A program made the position numbers and the translations under genes. A stretch of DNA of 32,087 bases from the NCBI GenBank assembly GCA_031413835.1, contig JANOFW010000493.1, positions 1 through 32,087 on the forward strand, written 5' to 3'. Shown here piece by piece: positions 17,145-24,901 of the stretch. This stretch comes from Planctomycetia bacterium. Its GTDB lineage: Bacteria; Planctomycetota; PLA2; JAEUHO01. Within the stretch, counting starts at the first letter, position 1, and every line of letters begins with the position of its first letter. Below the pieces are notes generated by a model. That model ran no database searches, was not told the origin of the DNA, and worked only from the letters and a program-made list of their open reading frames with translations.

Positions 17145-18272
17145 GTGGCGCCGCGCAAGGCCCGGCGCGTGGCGAAGTCCGGGTCCCGCGCGAAGGCGGA
17201 CCGGCGGCACGCTGGCGCGGCAAGGGCCCGCTCCCGCGGCTCAGGGCAGGTGCGCCGGCGGCGCGACTCGATCCTCGAGGTGGACCTGCTGGCGTACGAG
17301 AAGGGCGGCCCGCGCGCGCGCCGGGCCGTGGTGGACGGCGTGATGCGCAGCCTGGCCACCGGCTTCGTCTACGCGCGCCACGACGTGGAGACGAGCCTGA
17401 TCGACGAGGCCTACGCCCAGCTGGCGGACTTCTTCCATCTGCCCCTCGAAGTCAAGCGCCGCTACGTGGTGCCGGGCTCCCAGGGCCAGACGGGCTACAC
17501 CGGCCTGCTGGTCGAGACCGCGGCGGGCCGAGACACCCCCGACTGGAAGGAGATGCTCAACTGGGGCCGCGAGCTGCCCCCGGGCCATCCGCTGCGCCGG
17601 CGCTGCCCGCATCGCTACATGGAGCGCTGCCTGCCCGAGGACGAGGTGCCGGGCATCTCGAAGGTGCTGGGCCTGTTCTTCGAGCGACTGCTCGACCTGC
17701 AGCGGCGCTTCCTGCGCATCGTCGCCGAGGGCCTGGGCTGCGCGCCGACCTTCTTCGACGGCATGCTCGGGGACGGGCCCACGCTGGCGCGCGCGCTGCG
17801 CTACCCGCCGATGAAGGCGGCGCCCGGACGGGACCACGTCTGGGCCGGCGAGCACGGTGACATCAACCTGATCACGGCGCTGCCGCGAGCCAGCGCGCGC
17901 GGCTTGCAGGTCAAGATCGAGGGCCGTTGGGTGGACGCCCTCGCGCCCGAGGGCTGGGCGATCTTGAACACCGGCATGATGCTCGAGCGCCTCAGCAACG
18001 GACGCCTCCCCGCGGGCATCCACCGCGTGGTCGCGGAGCCCGGCCAGCAGGGCGAGCGCTTCTCAGTGGTGCAGTTCTGCCATCCCACGCCGTGCACGCT
18101 GCTCACGCCGCTGGCCGGCTGCATCGACGCCGCGCACCCGCAGCGCGAGGCCGCCATCAGCGCGGGGGACTGGCTCGACCAGGTGCTCTACGACATCAAC
18201 CTGTTCGAGGACGCGCGGCGCGTCATGCCGACCGCACGCTTCCTGCCGCGGGCCGACGGCGTGGAGCGTTGA
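17145..18272 (+). CDS. 2-oxoglutarate/Fe(II)-dependent oxygenase (isopenicillin N synthase family-like)
   Basis: Family-typical segments RYPP...GEHGDINLITAL...GLQV..GRWVDA...ILNTGMMLERLSNGRLPAGIHRVV (H-x-D...H facial triad and the RxS region). The start is either GTG 17145 (3 nt after the ABC stop, giving a 35-aa Arg/Lys-rich extension) or the in-frame GTG 17250. Confidence 0.8.
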   Translation: MAPRKARRVAKSGSRAKADRRHAGAARARSRGSGQVRRRRDSILEVDLLAYEKGGPRARRAVVDGVMRSLATGFVYARHDVETSLIDEAYAQLADFFHLPLEVKRRYVVPGSQGQTGYTGLLVETAAGRDTPDWKEMLNWGRELPPGHPLRRRCPHRYMERCLPEDEVPGISKVLGLFFERLLDLQRRFLRIVAEGLGCAPTFFDGMLGDGPTLARALRYPPMKAAPGRDHVWAGEHGDINLITALPRASARGLQVKIEGRWVDALAPEGWAILNTGMMLERLSNGRLPAGIHRVVAEPGQQGERFSVVQFCHPTPCTLLTPLAGCIDAAHPQREAAISAGDWLDQVLYDINLFEDARRVMPTARFLPRADGVER

Positions 18273-18305
18273 ACCCCGGGGGCCGCGGGGGCGCGAGCGC
18301 CGCCG

Positions 18306-20330
18306 TCACGGCAGCGTGACGGTCGTGACGGGCCCGGCCAGCGAGAGCTTCACCCGCCGCATCCTGCCCTCAAGGCCCGGGAGCAGCAGCCGCGCGCCCG
18401 AAGGTACGTCGGTGCGTCGCCACCCGGCGTAGGCGGCGATCTTGCGGCCTGGCGGACCGTCCTGCGCGCCCAGCGCGCTGAGCAGCGTGCGCGGGACCGG
18501 GTGGCCGGGAAGCACCATGGCTCCGACGTGCTCCGCGGCCAGCGTCGGCGGGAGCTGGGTCGTCGCGGGCGTCTCGATCAGCACGCGCAGGCGGCCGTCC
18601 ACCGGCACCTGGATCCTGGCGCTGGCGCAGGTGTCGGGCACCAGCCCGCCTTCGAGGGGCACGAGGCCGTCGGGCAGCCTCAGGCGCACGTGCGTGCGCA
18701 GCACAGGCTCGTAGACGATCCGGCCGCGCTCGTCGGTCACGAGCGTTCGGGACGCATCGTGGGCCGCGTTCCAGCCGGGCAGCACGTCGCCGGCGGCCTC
18801 GAGCGTGAGCGTGAGCCCCGGCATGCGACGGCCCATGCTGTCCACGAAGGTGAGCTCGGTGGAGTTGGCGCGCCTGCTCCAGGCCTCGGGAGCCAGGCCG
18901 GCCCGCGTCTCGCCGCTGAGGGCCTTCAAGAAGGCCACCAGCGCAGTGACCTCGCCCTCCGTCAGGGTGAGCGGGCCGATGAGATCGCTCTGGGCGGCGT
19001 CGGCGGAGCCGCCCTGGGCATAGTAGTGCACCGCTGCTTCGAGGCTCTTGGCGCTGCCGTCGTGGAACCAGGGGCCGCGCTCGGCCACATCGCGCAGGCT
19101 GGGCGTCTTGAAGGCGCGTCGGTCCTGCGGGCGCGTCGAGACGCGCTCGCGGCCCTTGTCGGGCTCGGTCACGACCCCGCGCAGGGTCTGGAGCCCGGCC
19201 TCGCGCGCGAACTCGCTGAAGGCCACGCCGGTGTTGTGGAAGGCGTAGTCGCTGAAGGGCGCGCGCCCGTCGGCTGCCGGGGCCAGCTTGTGGCACTCGG
19301 CGCAGCGCGCACGTCCGCGGAAGAGCTCCAGGCCGCGCAGCTCATCGGTCGTGAGCATGTCCGCCTCCCCGGCCACGAAGCGGTCGTAGCGCGAGCGGCT
19401 GCTCTCGATGGTGAGGCTGTAGGCGGCGATCGCGTCGGCGATGCGCGCCACGTTCACGGCCGGCGAGCCATAGGCGGCCACGAAGGCTTCGCGGTAGCGA
19501 CCGGCGTGCTCGACCGAGACATCCACGCGAGGCAGTTTGCGGATGTCGAGCACGACCTCGGGGTCGGGCTCCTCGGGCGGGAGAGAAGGCTCGCTCTTCG
19601 CGGGCGCCTTGTTCTCGGCGGGCTGCTGTTCGCCGGGCTTCGCCTCCGGCGGCTTGGGTGCCGGCGCCGCGGGGGCGGCGGGGGGCGCCGCTGGCTGGCC
19701 ATCGGAGGTGGCCGGGGGCGGCGCTGCCTCCGCGCCCTCCTTGGCTGCTGGTTCAGGCTCGCCGGGGGCTCGCGCCGCCGGCGGGTAGTCATCATCGTCA
19801 CCGCCACCACCGCCGTCATCGCCGTCACCACCATCGCCGTCGTCGGACGTCCCGGGGGTGCCCGGCCCCGGCTCGCGCGTCGTGGCCGGCAGAGCAGCCG
19901 CGCCCTCGGGCGCCGCGCCATGGCTCAGCATGCCTTTGCCGTTGCTCACGGGCTTCAAGCGCGCGGTGACGAGCACCTCCAGGTTCTGGAACTCGCCGTC
20001 CCAATGGGCGCTGGGGTTGAGAGCGCCGTCGATCAAGGTCTGGCTGTGACGGCGGGTGAGACCCATGTCGTCTCGGCTGCGCGGCGCGGAGTCGGAGAAG
20101 CCGTGCTCGGGGTCGTGGCAGGAGGCGCAGGCGCGCGCGCCCGAGCGGCTCACCAGCGGATCGAAGAACAGGCGCCTACCCAGCTCGATGCGCGCCTCCT
20201 CCTTGGGCGCGAGGCGCGCCTTGCGCTCGCCGGCGCGCGCGGAGGGCAGAGTCAGGGCAGCGCCGGCGCCCAACGCGAGAAGCGTGGCGCACGTGAGGAG
20301 CGCGAGCGATCGGGGGGCGAGCGAGCGCAT
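18306..20330 (-). CDS. Di-haem cytochrome c peroxidase (CCP/MauG family) with a large low-complexity insertion and a C-terminal extension
   Basis: Signal peptide, FFDPLVSRSGARACASCHDPEHGFSD (haem 1 CxxCH) and RARCAECHK (haem 2). A ~120-aa Asp/Gly then Pro/Ala/Glu-rich insertion spans aa ~136-258. About 200 aa of unrecognised sequence follow the second haem domain. Confidence 0.85.
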   Translation of the reverse strand: MRSLAPRSLALLTCATLLALGAGAALTLPSARAGERKARLAPKEEARIELGRRLFFDPLVSRSGARACASCHDPEHGFSDSAPRSRDDMGLTRRHSQTLIDGALNPSAHWDGEFQNLEVLVTARLKPVSNGKGMLSHGAAPEGAAALPATTREPGPGTPGTSDDGDGGDGDDGGGGGDDDDYPPAARAPGEPEPAAKEGAEAAPPPATSDGQPAAPPAAPAAPAPKPPEAKPGEQQPAENKAPAKSEPSLPPEEPDPEVVLDIRKLPRVDVSVEHAGRYREAFVAAYGSPAVNVARIADAIAAYSLTIESSRSRYDRFVAGEADMLTTDELRGLELFRGRARCAECHKLAPAADGRAPFSDYAFHNTGVAFSEFAREAGLQTLRGVVTEPDKGRERVSTRPQDRRAFKTPSLRDVAERGPWFHDGSAKSLEAAVHYYAQGGSADAAQSDLIGPLTLTEGEVTALVAFLKALSGETRAGLAPEAWSRRANSTELTFVDSMGRRMPGLTLTLEAAGDVLPGWNAAHDASRTLVTDERGRIVYEPVLRTHVRLRLPDGLVPLEGGLVPDTCASARIQVPVDGRLRVLIETPATTQLPPTLAAEHVGAMVLPGHPVPRTLLSALGAQDGPPGRKIAAYAGWRRTDVPSGARLLLPGLEGRMRRVKLSLAGPVTTVTLP

Positions 20331-20411
20331 GGACGGCTCCAGCGCCGGGTCCGAGGCTCACCCGGCCTACTCCACATGGCAAGCACCGTTCCCGAAGCTG
20401 GCAGCGCCGCG

Positions 20412-20455
20412 AAAACGGCACGCAGAGCCCATTTCCCGCCCTGTGCGGCCGTTTT
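20412..20455. other. Terminator-like hairpin (A4-GC stem-T4) inside a divergent intergenic region
   Basis: aaaacggc(a)cgca ... tgcg gccgtttt forms a 12-bp stem with one bulge and a ~19-nt loop. The A/T runs on both sides look like a bidirectional intrinsic terminator, yet it lies between two divergent gene starts. Confidence 0.35.
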
Positions 20456-20625
20456 GCCGCCCCGCGTGTGGGGCTCGTGGCTGGTGGGCCCGTGACGCGC
20501 TCGTGCGCTGCGTTACCGGCCCGAAGCGTGGCGTGACCACCGACCCTGCCCCCTTGGGTACCATCCCTCCCCCGCCAGGCGGGCCCCGCGATGGGCGCGA
20601 GAGGCTTCCGACCCGGCGAAGGAGG

Positions 20626-21228
20626 ATGAACATGAGCATGCGCATCTGGGCTTTGGCGTTGGTGGTGGTGGGCGCGGCAGGGTGGCTCGGGCGTGGCGCG
20701 TTCTCGGACGACGCGAAGCCGGCCGGAGCGCCCTCCGAAGCCGAGATGGAGAAGATGATGGAGCAGCTTGCCACCCCGGGCGAGATGCACGCCTGGCTGG
20801 CGAAGTTCAACGGCGGATGGAACGTGACCGGTGAGTTCACCGAGATGGACGGCTCCAAGCTCCCCATGTGCGGGACGGCCTGCATCCGCATGGTCCTGGG
20901 CGGGCGCTGGCAGGAGCAGATCTTCAACGCCACCTACAAGCGCAAGCCCTTCCAGGGTCGCGGGATGACCGGCTACGACAACGAGAAGAAGCAGTTCACG
21001 AACTTCTGGTTCGACACCATGTCCACGAGCACGGCCCCGGCCACGGGGACGCTGAGCGCCGATGGCAAGGTCCTGACGCTCGCGGGCGAGTGGGAGATGA
21101 TGGGCACGAAGATGCCCTTCAAGTACGTCCTCACCTCGATCAACGCCTGCCGCTTCACCTTCGCCATGTCCATGACCATGGAAGGCAAGGAGATGGCCGT
21201 CGGCCACATGACCTACACGCGCAGGTAG
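20626..21228 (+). CDS. DUF1579 domain-containing secreted protein
   Basis: PGEMHAWLAKFNGGWNV...GGRWQEQIF...FQGRGMTGYDNEKKQFTNFWFDTMST matches the DUF1579 pattern as I recall it. A signal peptide is present. AGGAGG lies immediately upstream. The true start may be ATG 20626, 20632 or 20638. GC is visibly lower than in neighbouring genes. Confidence 0.8.
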   Translation: MNMSMRIWALALVVVGAAGWLGRGAFSDDAKPAGAPSEAEMEKMMEQLATPGEMHAWLAKFNGGWNVTGEFTEMDGSKLPMCGTACIRMVLGGRWQEQIFNATYKRKPFQGRGMTGYDNEKKQFTNFWFDTMSTSTAPATGTLSADGKVLTLAGEWEMMGTKMPFKYVLTSINACRFTFAMSMTMEGKEMAVGHMTYTRR

Positions 21229-21238
21229 CCGCTGGGGG

Positions 21239-21269
21239 CGCTGGGGGCGGACAGCGTCCGCCCCCAGCG
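21239..21269 (+). terminator. Perfect 14-bp GC-rich hairpin after the DUF1579 gene
   Basis: cgctgggggcggac-agc-gtccgcccccagcg. There is no U-tract. It lies between the DUF1579 stop and the SD (GGAGG 21284-21288) of the kinase gene. Confidence 0.5.
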
Positions 21270-21291
21270 TCGCCGACGCGGTCGGAGGCCG

Positions 21292-23001
21292 ATGCGTCTG
21301 CAGAACTACGAGCTCGGCGAGTCCTTCCTGGCCGTGGGGCCCAGCACCTTCTTCCGTGCCCAGAACGCGGTGCTGGGCCATCCGGTGGTCGTGCGCCGGC
21401 TGACGATCGACCCCGCGCGCGCTGCAGACGTGCGCGCCACCTTCTTCCGCGAGGCGCGTCACGCTGCCGCGCTCTGGCACCCGCGCATCTGGAAGCCCCT
21501 CGATGTGCTCGAGGCCGAGGGCTTCCTGTGGTCCGTGCACGAGAACCGCATGGCCAGCACCCTGGAGCAGGTCGTCGAGAAGGCGGGGCCGCTCCCCGTC
21601 GCTCGCGTCGCACGCCTGGGCGTGCAGATGGCCGACGCGCTGGCGCACGTGCACGCGCGCGGGTGGGTGCACGGCAAGGTGACGCCGCGCACGGTCACGC
21701 TCGACGACAACGGCGACGCGGAGCTGATCAACTTCGTCAAGAGCGCCGACCTGGCGGCGGGGCTCTGGCCCCTGCGGCCGGTGGTGCTCGGCCTTTCGGC
21801 CTACAGCGCGCCCGAGGAGCTGCACGGCGCGCGCCCCGGCCCGGGCGCCGACCTCTACGGGCTGGCAGCGACCCTGCTGTTCTGCCTGACCGGGCGCCTG
21901 CCCCGCGGGGGCGACGAGCAGGAGGCCCTGGCGCTGGCGCGTGCCGGCGATCCCGTGGACACCAGCGCGCTCAGGAGCGGCGTGCCGCAGGCCCTGGCCA
22001 CCGCGCTCGAAGGCGCCCTCGAGGCCGACCCGGAGACGCGGCACGGCAGCGTGGCGGCCCTGGGGTCGCTGTTGGCCGAGCTGGAGCGCCGCCACGTCGC
22101 GGACATCCCTGCCGGCTTCGAGGCCGGCACCATCCTCCCGCCGCTGTGCGAGGAGGGCGACGTGCGCATCGTCGAGCGCCACGGCGCCGGCGCCTTCGGG
22201 ATCGTGTTCCGCGCGCAGATCGCGGGCCCGGGCTGCCAGGTCGCGGTCAAGGCGCTCAAGCCCGAGCACCGCGACGACCGCGAGGCGCTCGAGCGCTTCC
22301 TGCGCGAGGCACGCGCCATCGAGGGAGTCGAGCATGAGAACGTCGTGCGCATCTACGGTGTCGGCGAGCAACGGGGCACGCCCTACGTGGTGATGGAGTT
22401 CATCCCCGGACCCGACCTGGCCACCCTGCTGCTGCGCGAGGGGCGTTTCGAGCCGGCACGGGCCGCGCGTCTCATGGCCGGCGTGGCGCGAGGCTTGGCC
22501 GCGATCCACCGCGAAGGCGTGATCCACCGCGACCTCAAGCCCCACAACGTGCTGATCGACCGCGTGCTCGTCGATCGTGTCTGGGACGGGCGCGCCGAGC
22601 GCCCCGTGATCGCCGACTTCGGCGTGGCTCGTACCTCGGCGGGTGCGCGCCTGACCATGACGGGCCAGCTCGTGGGCAGCCCGGCCTACATGGCGCCGGA
22701 GCAGGTGAGCGACCAGCCCATCACCTCGGCCGTGGACCTCTATGCCTTGGGGGTGATGCTCTACGAGCTGCTGACGGGGCAGACCCCGTTCGGCGGGACC
22801 GACGCCCTGACCACCTTGCGCCGCATCCGCGACGAGGTGCACGCCCCCTTGCCGGCCGAGGTGCCGGAGGACCTGCGCAGGATCGTGGACCGGCTGCTGG
22901 CCAAGGCTCCAGGCCAGCGTTTCGGCGATGCCACCCTCCTTGCCGCCGCCCTGGACCACGCAGCCGCGGCCTCCGGGGAACCCGTCACCTCGGGCCTGTG
23001 A
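21292..23001 (+). CDS. Tandem pseudokinase / Ser-Thr protein kinase (Hanks-type), 569 aa
   Basis: The C-terminal domain is canonical: HGAGAFG, VAVKAL, HRDLKPHN, ADFG, SPAYMAPE, DLYALGV. The N-terminal domain keeps the fold landmarks (FFREARHAAALWHPRI, SAPEE, ADLYGLAATLLFCLTG, DPETR). It has lost the catalytic residues: VVVRRL for VAIK, VHGKVTPRT for HRDLKPxN, and NFV for DFG. Confidence 0.85.
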   Translation: MRLQNYELGESFLAVGPSTFFRAQNAVLGHPVVVRRLTIDPARAADVRATFFREARHAAALWHPRIWKPLDVLEAEGFLWSVHENRMASTLEQVVEKAGPLPVARVARLGVQMADALAHVHARGWVHGKVTPRTVTLDDNGDAELINFVKSADLAAGLWPLRPVVLGLSAYSAPEELHGARPGPGADLYGLAATLLFCLTGRLPRGGDEQEALALARAGDPVDTSALRSGVPQALATALEGALEADPETRHGSVAALGSLLAELERRHVADIPAGFEAGTILPPLCEEGDVRIVERHGAGAFGIVFRAQIAGPGCQVAVKALKPEHRDDREALERFLREARAIEGVEHENVVRIYGVGEQRGTPYVVMEFIPGPDLATLLLREGRFEPARAARLMAGVARGLAAIHREGVIHRDLKPHNVLIDRVLVDRVWDGRAERPVIADFGVARTSAGARLTMTGQLVGSPAYMAPEQVSDQPITSAVDLYALGVMLYELLTGQTPFGGTDALTTLRRIRDEVHAPLPAEVPEDLRRIVDRLLAKAPGQRFGDATLLAAALDHAAAASGEPVTSGL

Positions 23002-23072
23002 CCGGCCGCGGGAACCCGCCGGGTCGCCGGCGTGTCGAACCCTCCACACTCCCCCTCCCCCGGAGACTGCGC

Positions 23073-24347
23073 ATGCAGCGTCCCTCCCTGCTGGCCTCCG
23101 CCCTGCTCCCGCTCCTGTCGCTGCGCATCGCCGCGGGCGAGGCCCCGCCCCCGGTGGACGTGGCGCCCCTCGTGGCCGGCCACAACGCCTTCGCCCTCGA
23201 CCTCTACGGCCGGCTCAAGGGGGCCGGGGGGAACCTGCTCTTCTCGCCGTACTCGATCCACAGCGCGCTGGCCATGACCCGCGCCGGCGCGGCCGGCGAG
23301 ACGGCCGCGCAGATGGACCGCGTGCTCCACCTGCCGAGCGGTGCCGGCTCGTCCGCAGGCATGGCGGCCGCCTGGAAGGCCCTGGTGGGCCTGGTCGCCA
23401 CGGCCCCGCTGGCCACCGACCACGGGCCCGAGGGCCGCAAGCAGGTCGCGGCCTACAGCCTCTCGGTGGCCAACGCGCTCTGGGGGCAGCGCGGCTTCCC
23501 GTTCGTCCCGGCCTACCGCGCGCTCTTGAAGGACGCCTTCGGCGCCGAGCTGACCGACGTGGACTTCGCTCAGGGACCGCTCGTGCGCCAGCAGATCAAC
23601 GACTGGGTGCTGGCGAAGACGAACCAGAAGATCAAGGACCTGATACCCGACGGCATGCCCACCCCCGACACGCGCCTGGCGCTGGTGAACGCGATCCACT
23701 TCCTGGCCCAGTGGGACGAGCCCTTCAGTGAGCGGGCCACCGAGCTCAAGGACTTCACCGACGAGAAGGGCCAGGTGGTAAAGGTCAAGATGATGCGCCG
23801 CAACGCCTGGTTCCGCAGCTTCGAGGACCAGGACGCGCGCGTGCTCGCCATCCCCTACAAGGGCGGAGCGGCCGAGATGCTGCTCGTGCTGCCCAAGGAT
23901 CCCGCCGGCCTGGCGGCGCTCGAGGCGGGCCTGACGCCCGAACGCATCGGCGGCTGGGGCCAGCGCAAGGAGGGGGGCAAGACGGCCCTGGAGCTGCCGC
24001 GCTTCAAGTTCGAGGCGGCCACCGACCTCAGCACGACCCTGGTCGCCATGGGGATGCCCGACGCGTTCGCGGCCAGCAAGGCCGACTTCTCGGGCATGGC
24101 CAGCCACCCCCAGGAGCCGCTCTACATCGGCGTCGTGCTGCACAAGGCCTTCATCGCCGTGGACGAGAAGGGCACCGAGGCCGCGGCGGCCACGGCGGTG
24201 ATGATGCGCGCCGGCTCGGCTCCCAACCCCGAGCAGCCCGTCCCCTTCGTCTGCGACCGGCCCTTCCTGTTCTTCCTGCGCCACGTCTCGACCGGAGCGC
24301 TGCTCTTCGCCGGCCGGCTGTCGGCGCCCGAGGCGGCTGCGCGCTGA
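23073..24347 (+). CDS. Serpin family protein, secreted (424 aa)
   Basis: FSPYSIHSALAMTRAGAAGETAAQM, NAIHFLAQWDEPF, and the hinge/reactive-centre loop GTEAAAATAVMMRAGSAPNPEQPVPFVCDRPFLFFL. ATG at 23073 has GGAG 8 nt upstream and starts a signal peptide (MQRPSLLASALLPLLSLRIAAG). Confidence 0.85.
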   Translation: MQRPSLLASALLPLLSLRIAAGEAPPPVDVAPLVAGHNAFALDLYGRLKGAGGNLLFSPYSIHSALAMTRAGAAGETAAQMDRVLHLPSGAGSSAGMAAAWKALVGLVATAPLATDHGPEGRKQVAAYSLSVANALWGQRGFPFVPAYRALLKDAFGAELTDVDFAQGPLVRQQINDWVLAKTNQKIKDLIPDGMPTPDTRLALVNAIHFLAQWDEPFSERATELKDFTDEKGQVVKVKMMRRNAWFRSFEDQDARVLAIPYKGGAAEMLLVLPKDPAGLAALEAGLTPERIGGWGQRKEGGKTALELPRFKFEAATDLSTTLVAMGMPDAFAASKADFSGMASHPQEPLYIGVVLHKAFIAVDEKGTEAAAATAVMMRAGSAPNPEQPVPFVCDRPFLFFLRHVSTGALLFAGRLSAPEAAAR

Positions 24348-24420
24348 GGGGTCGGGGCCCCGGGCCGGAAACGCCGTCTAGGGTGCAACCAGGGCTATGC
24401 TGGAGGCGTCGATCTTGTAT

Positions 24421-24446
24421 CGGCCGCTTCGTCCTCGAAGCGGCCG
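24421..24446 (+). other. Perfect 11-bp hairpin between the serpin gene and erpA (serpin terminator or erpA 5' leader structure)
   Basis: cggccgcttcg-tcct-cgaagcggccg, 30 nt upstream of the erpA ATG and 74 nt after the serpin stop. No U-tract. Confidence 0.4.
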
Positions 24447-24476
24447 CCCCCGAGCCCCCTGCTTCTGGAGCGCACG

Positions 24477-24806
24477 ATGGCGATCACCCTCACCCCCAAG
24501 GCCGCCGAGAAGGTCCGCGAGATGATGCATGCGCCCGGCCAGGCCGCGGCCGCCGGGCTGCGCGTCAAGGTCGTGGGCGGCGGCTGCTCGGGCCTCTCCT
24601 ACCAGCTGGCCCTCGAGCGCGAGGCCGGGCAGGCCGACAAGGTTTACGAGTCGGAGGGCGTGCGCATCTTCCTCGATCCCAAGAGCGCGCTCTTCGTCGG
24701 CGGCACGCAGATCGACTACGAGGAGTCGATGATGGGCCAGGGCTTCGCCTTCAAGAACCCCAACGCCAAGGGGTCGTGCGGCTGCGGGTCGTCCTTCACG
24801 GCCTGA
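24477..24806 (+). CDS. erpA: Iron-sulfur cluster insertion/assembly A-type carrier (IscA/ErpA/HesB family)
   Basis: LRVKVVGGGCSGLSYQL plus the C-terminal SCGCGSSF cysteine signature. 109 aa. GGAG lies 6 nt upstream of the ATG. Confidence 0.9.
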   Translation: MAITLTPKAAEKVREMMHAPGQAAAAGLRVKVVGGGCSGLSYQLALEREAGQADKVYESEGVRIFLDPKSALFVGGTQIDYEESMMGQGFAFKNPNAKGSCGCGSSFTA

Positions 24807-24835
24807 AGAACGGCGCGGCGGACCGCGCGTTCTTC
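24804..24835 (+). terminator. Hairpin overlapping the erpA stop codon
   Basis: tgaagaacg(g)gcgcg-gcggac-cgcgcgttcttca forms a ~13-bp stem with one bulge. It ends in ttcttca but has no clean U-tract. Confidence 0.5.
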
Positions 24836-24901
24836 AGGTAGGCCGGAGCGGCCGTCTCAGGTCGAAGGCCACGTGTCCCGGGCCTCGGCGCAGGCGGAGC
24901 G

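Noticed and set aside
19780-19860. Low-complexity gccgtc/accacc DNA repeats, and the heptamer repeat at 2591-2625, as possible CRISPR or minisatellite arrays.
   Set aside because: The units are 6-9 nt, with no spacer-repeat organisation, and one set lies inside a coding frame (the acidic loop of the peroxidase). This is not CRISPR-like.
20373-20420. Sigma-54-like TGGCA motifs (tggcaagcaccgttcc, ctggcagcgccgcg) upstream of the DUF1579 gene.
   Set aside because: The GG-N10-GC spacing of the -24/-12 consensus is not satisfied in either case.
20176-23049. 957-aa minus-strand ORF, and similar very long ORFs (5162..7570 +, 6063..7967 -, 15007..17223 -, 18501..20495 +, 27335..29107 -, 13545..14702 +, 10177..11301 -, 26232..27842 -, 1203..2489 -).
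   Set aside because: All lie antisense or out of frame to genes with clear family motifs. Their translations are Arg/Gly/Ala/Pro-dominated with no motifs. This is the expected stop-codon-poor shadow-frame artefact of very high GC DNA.
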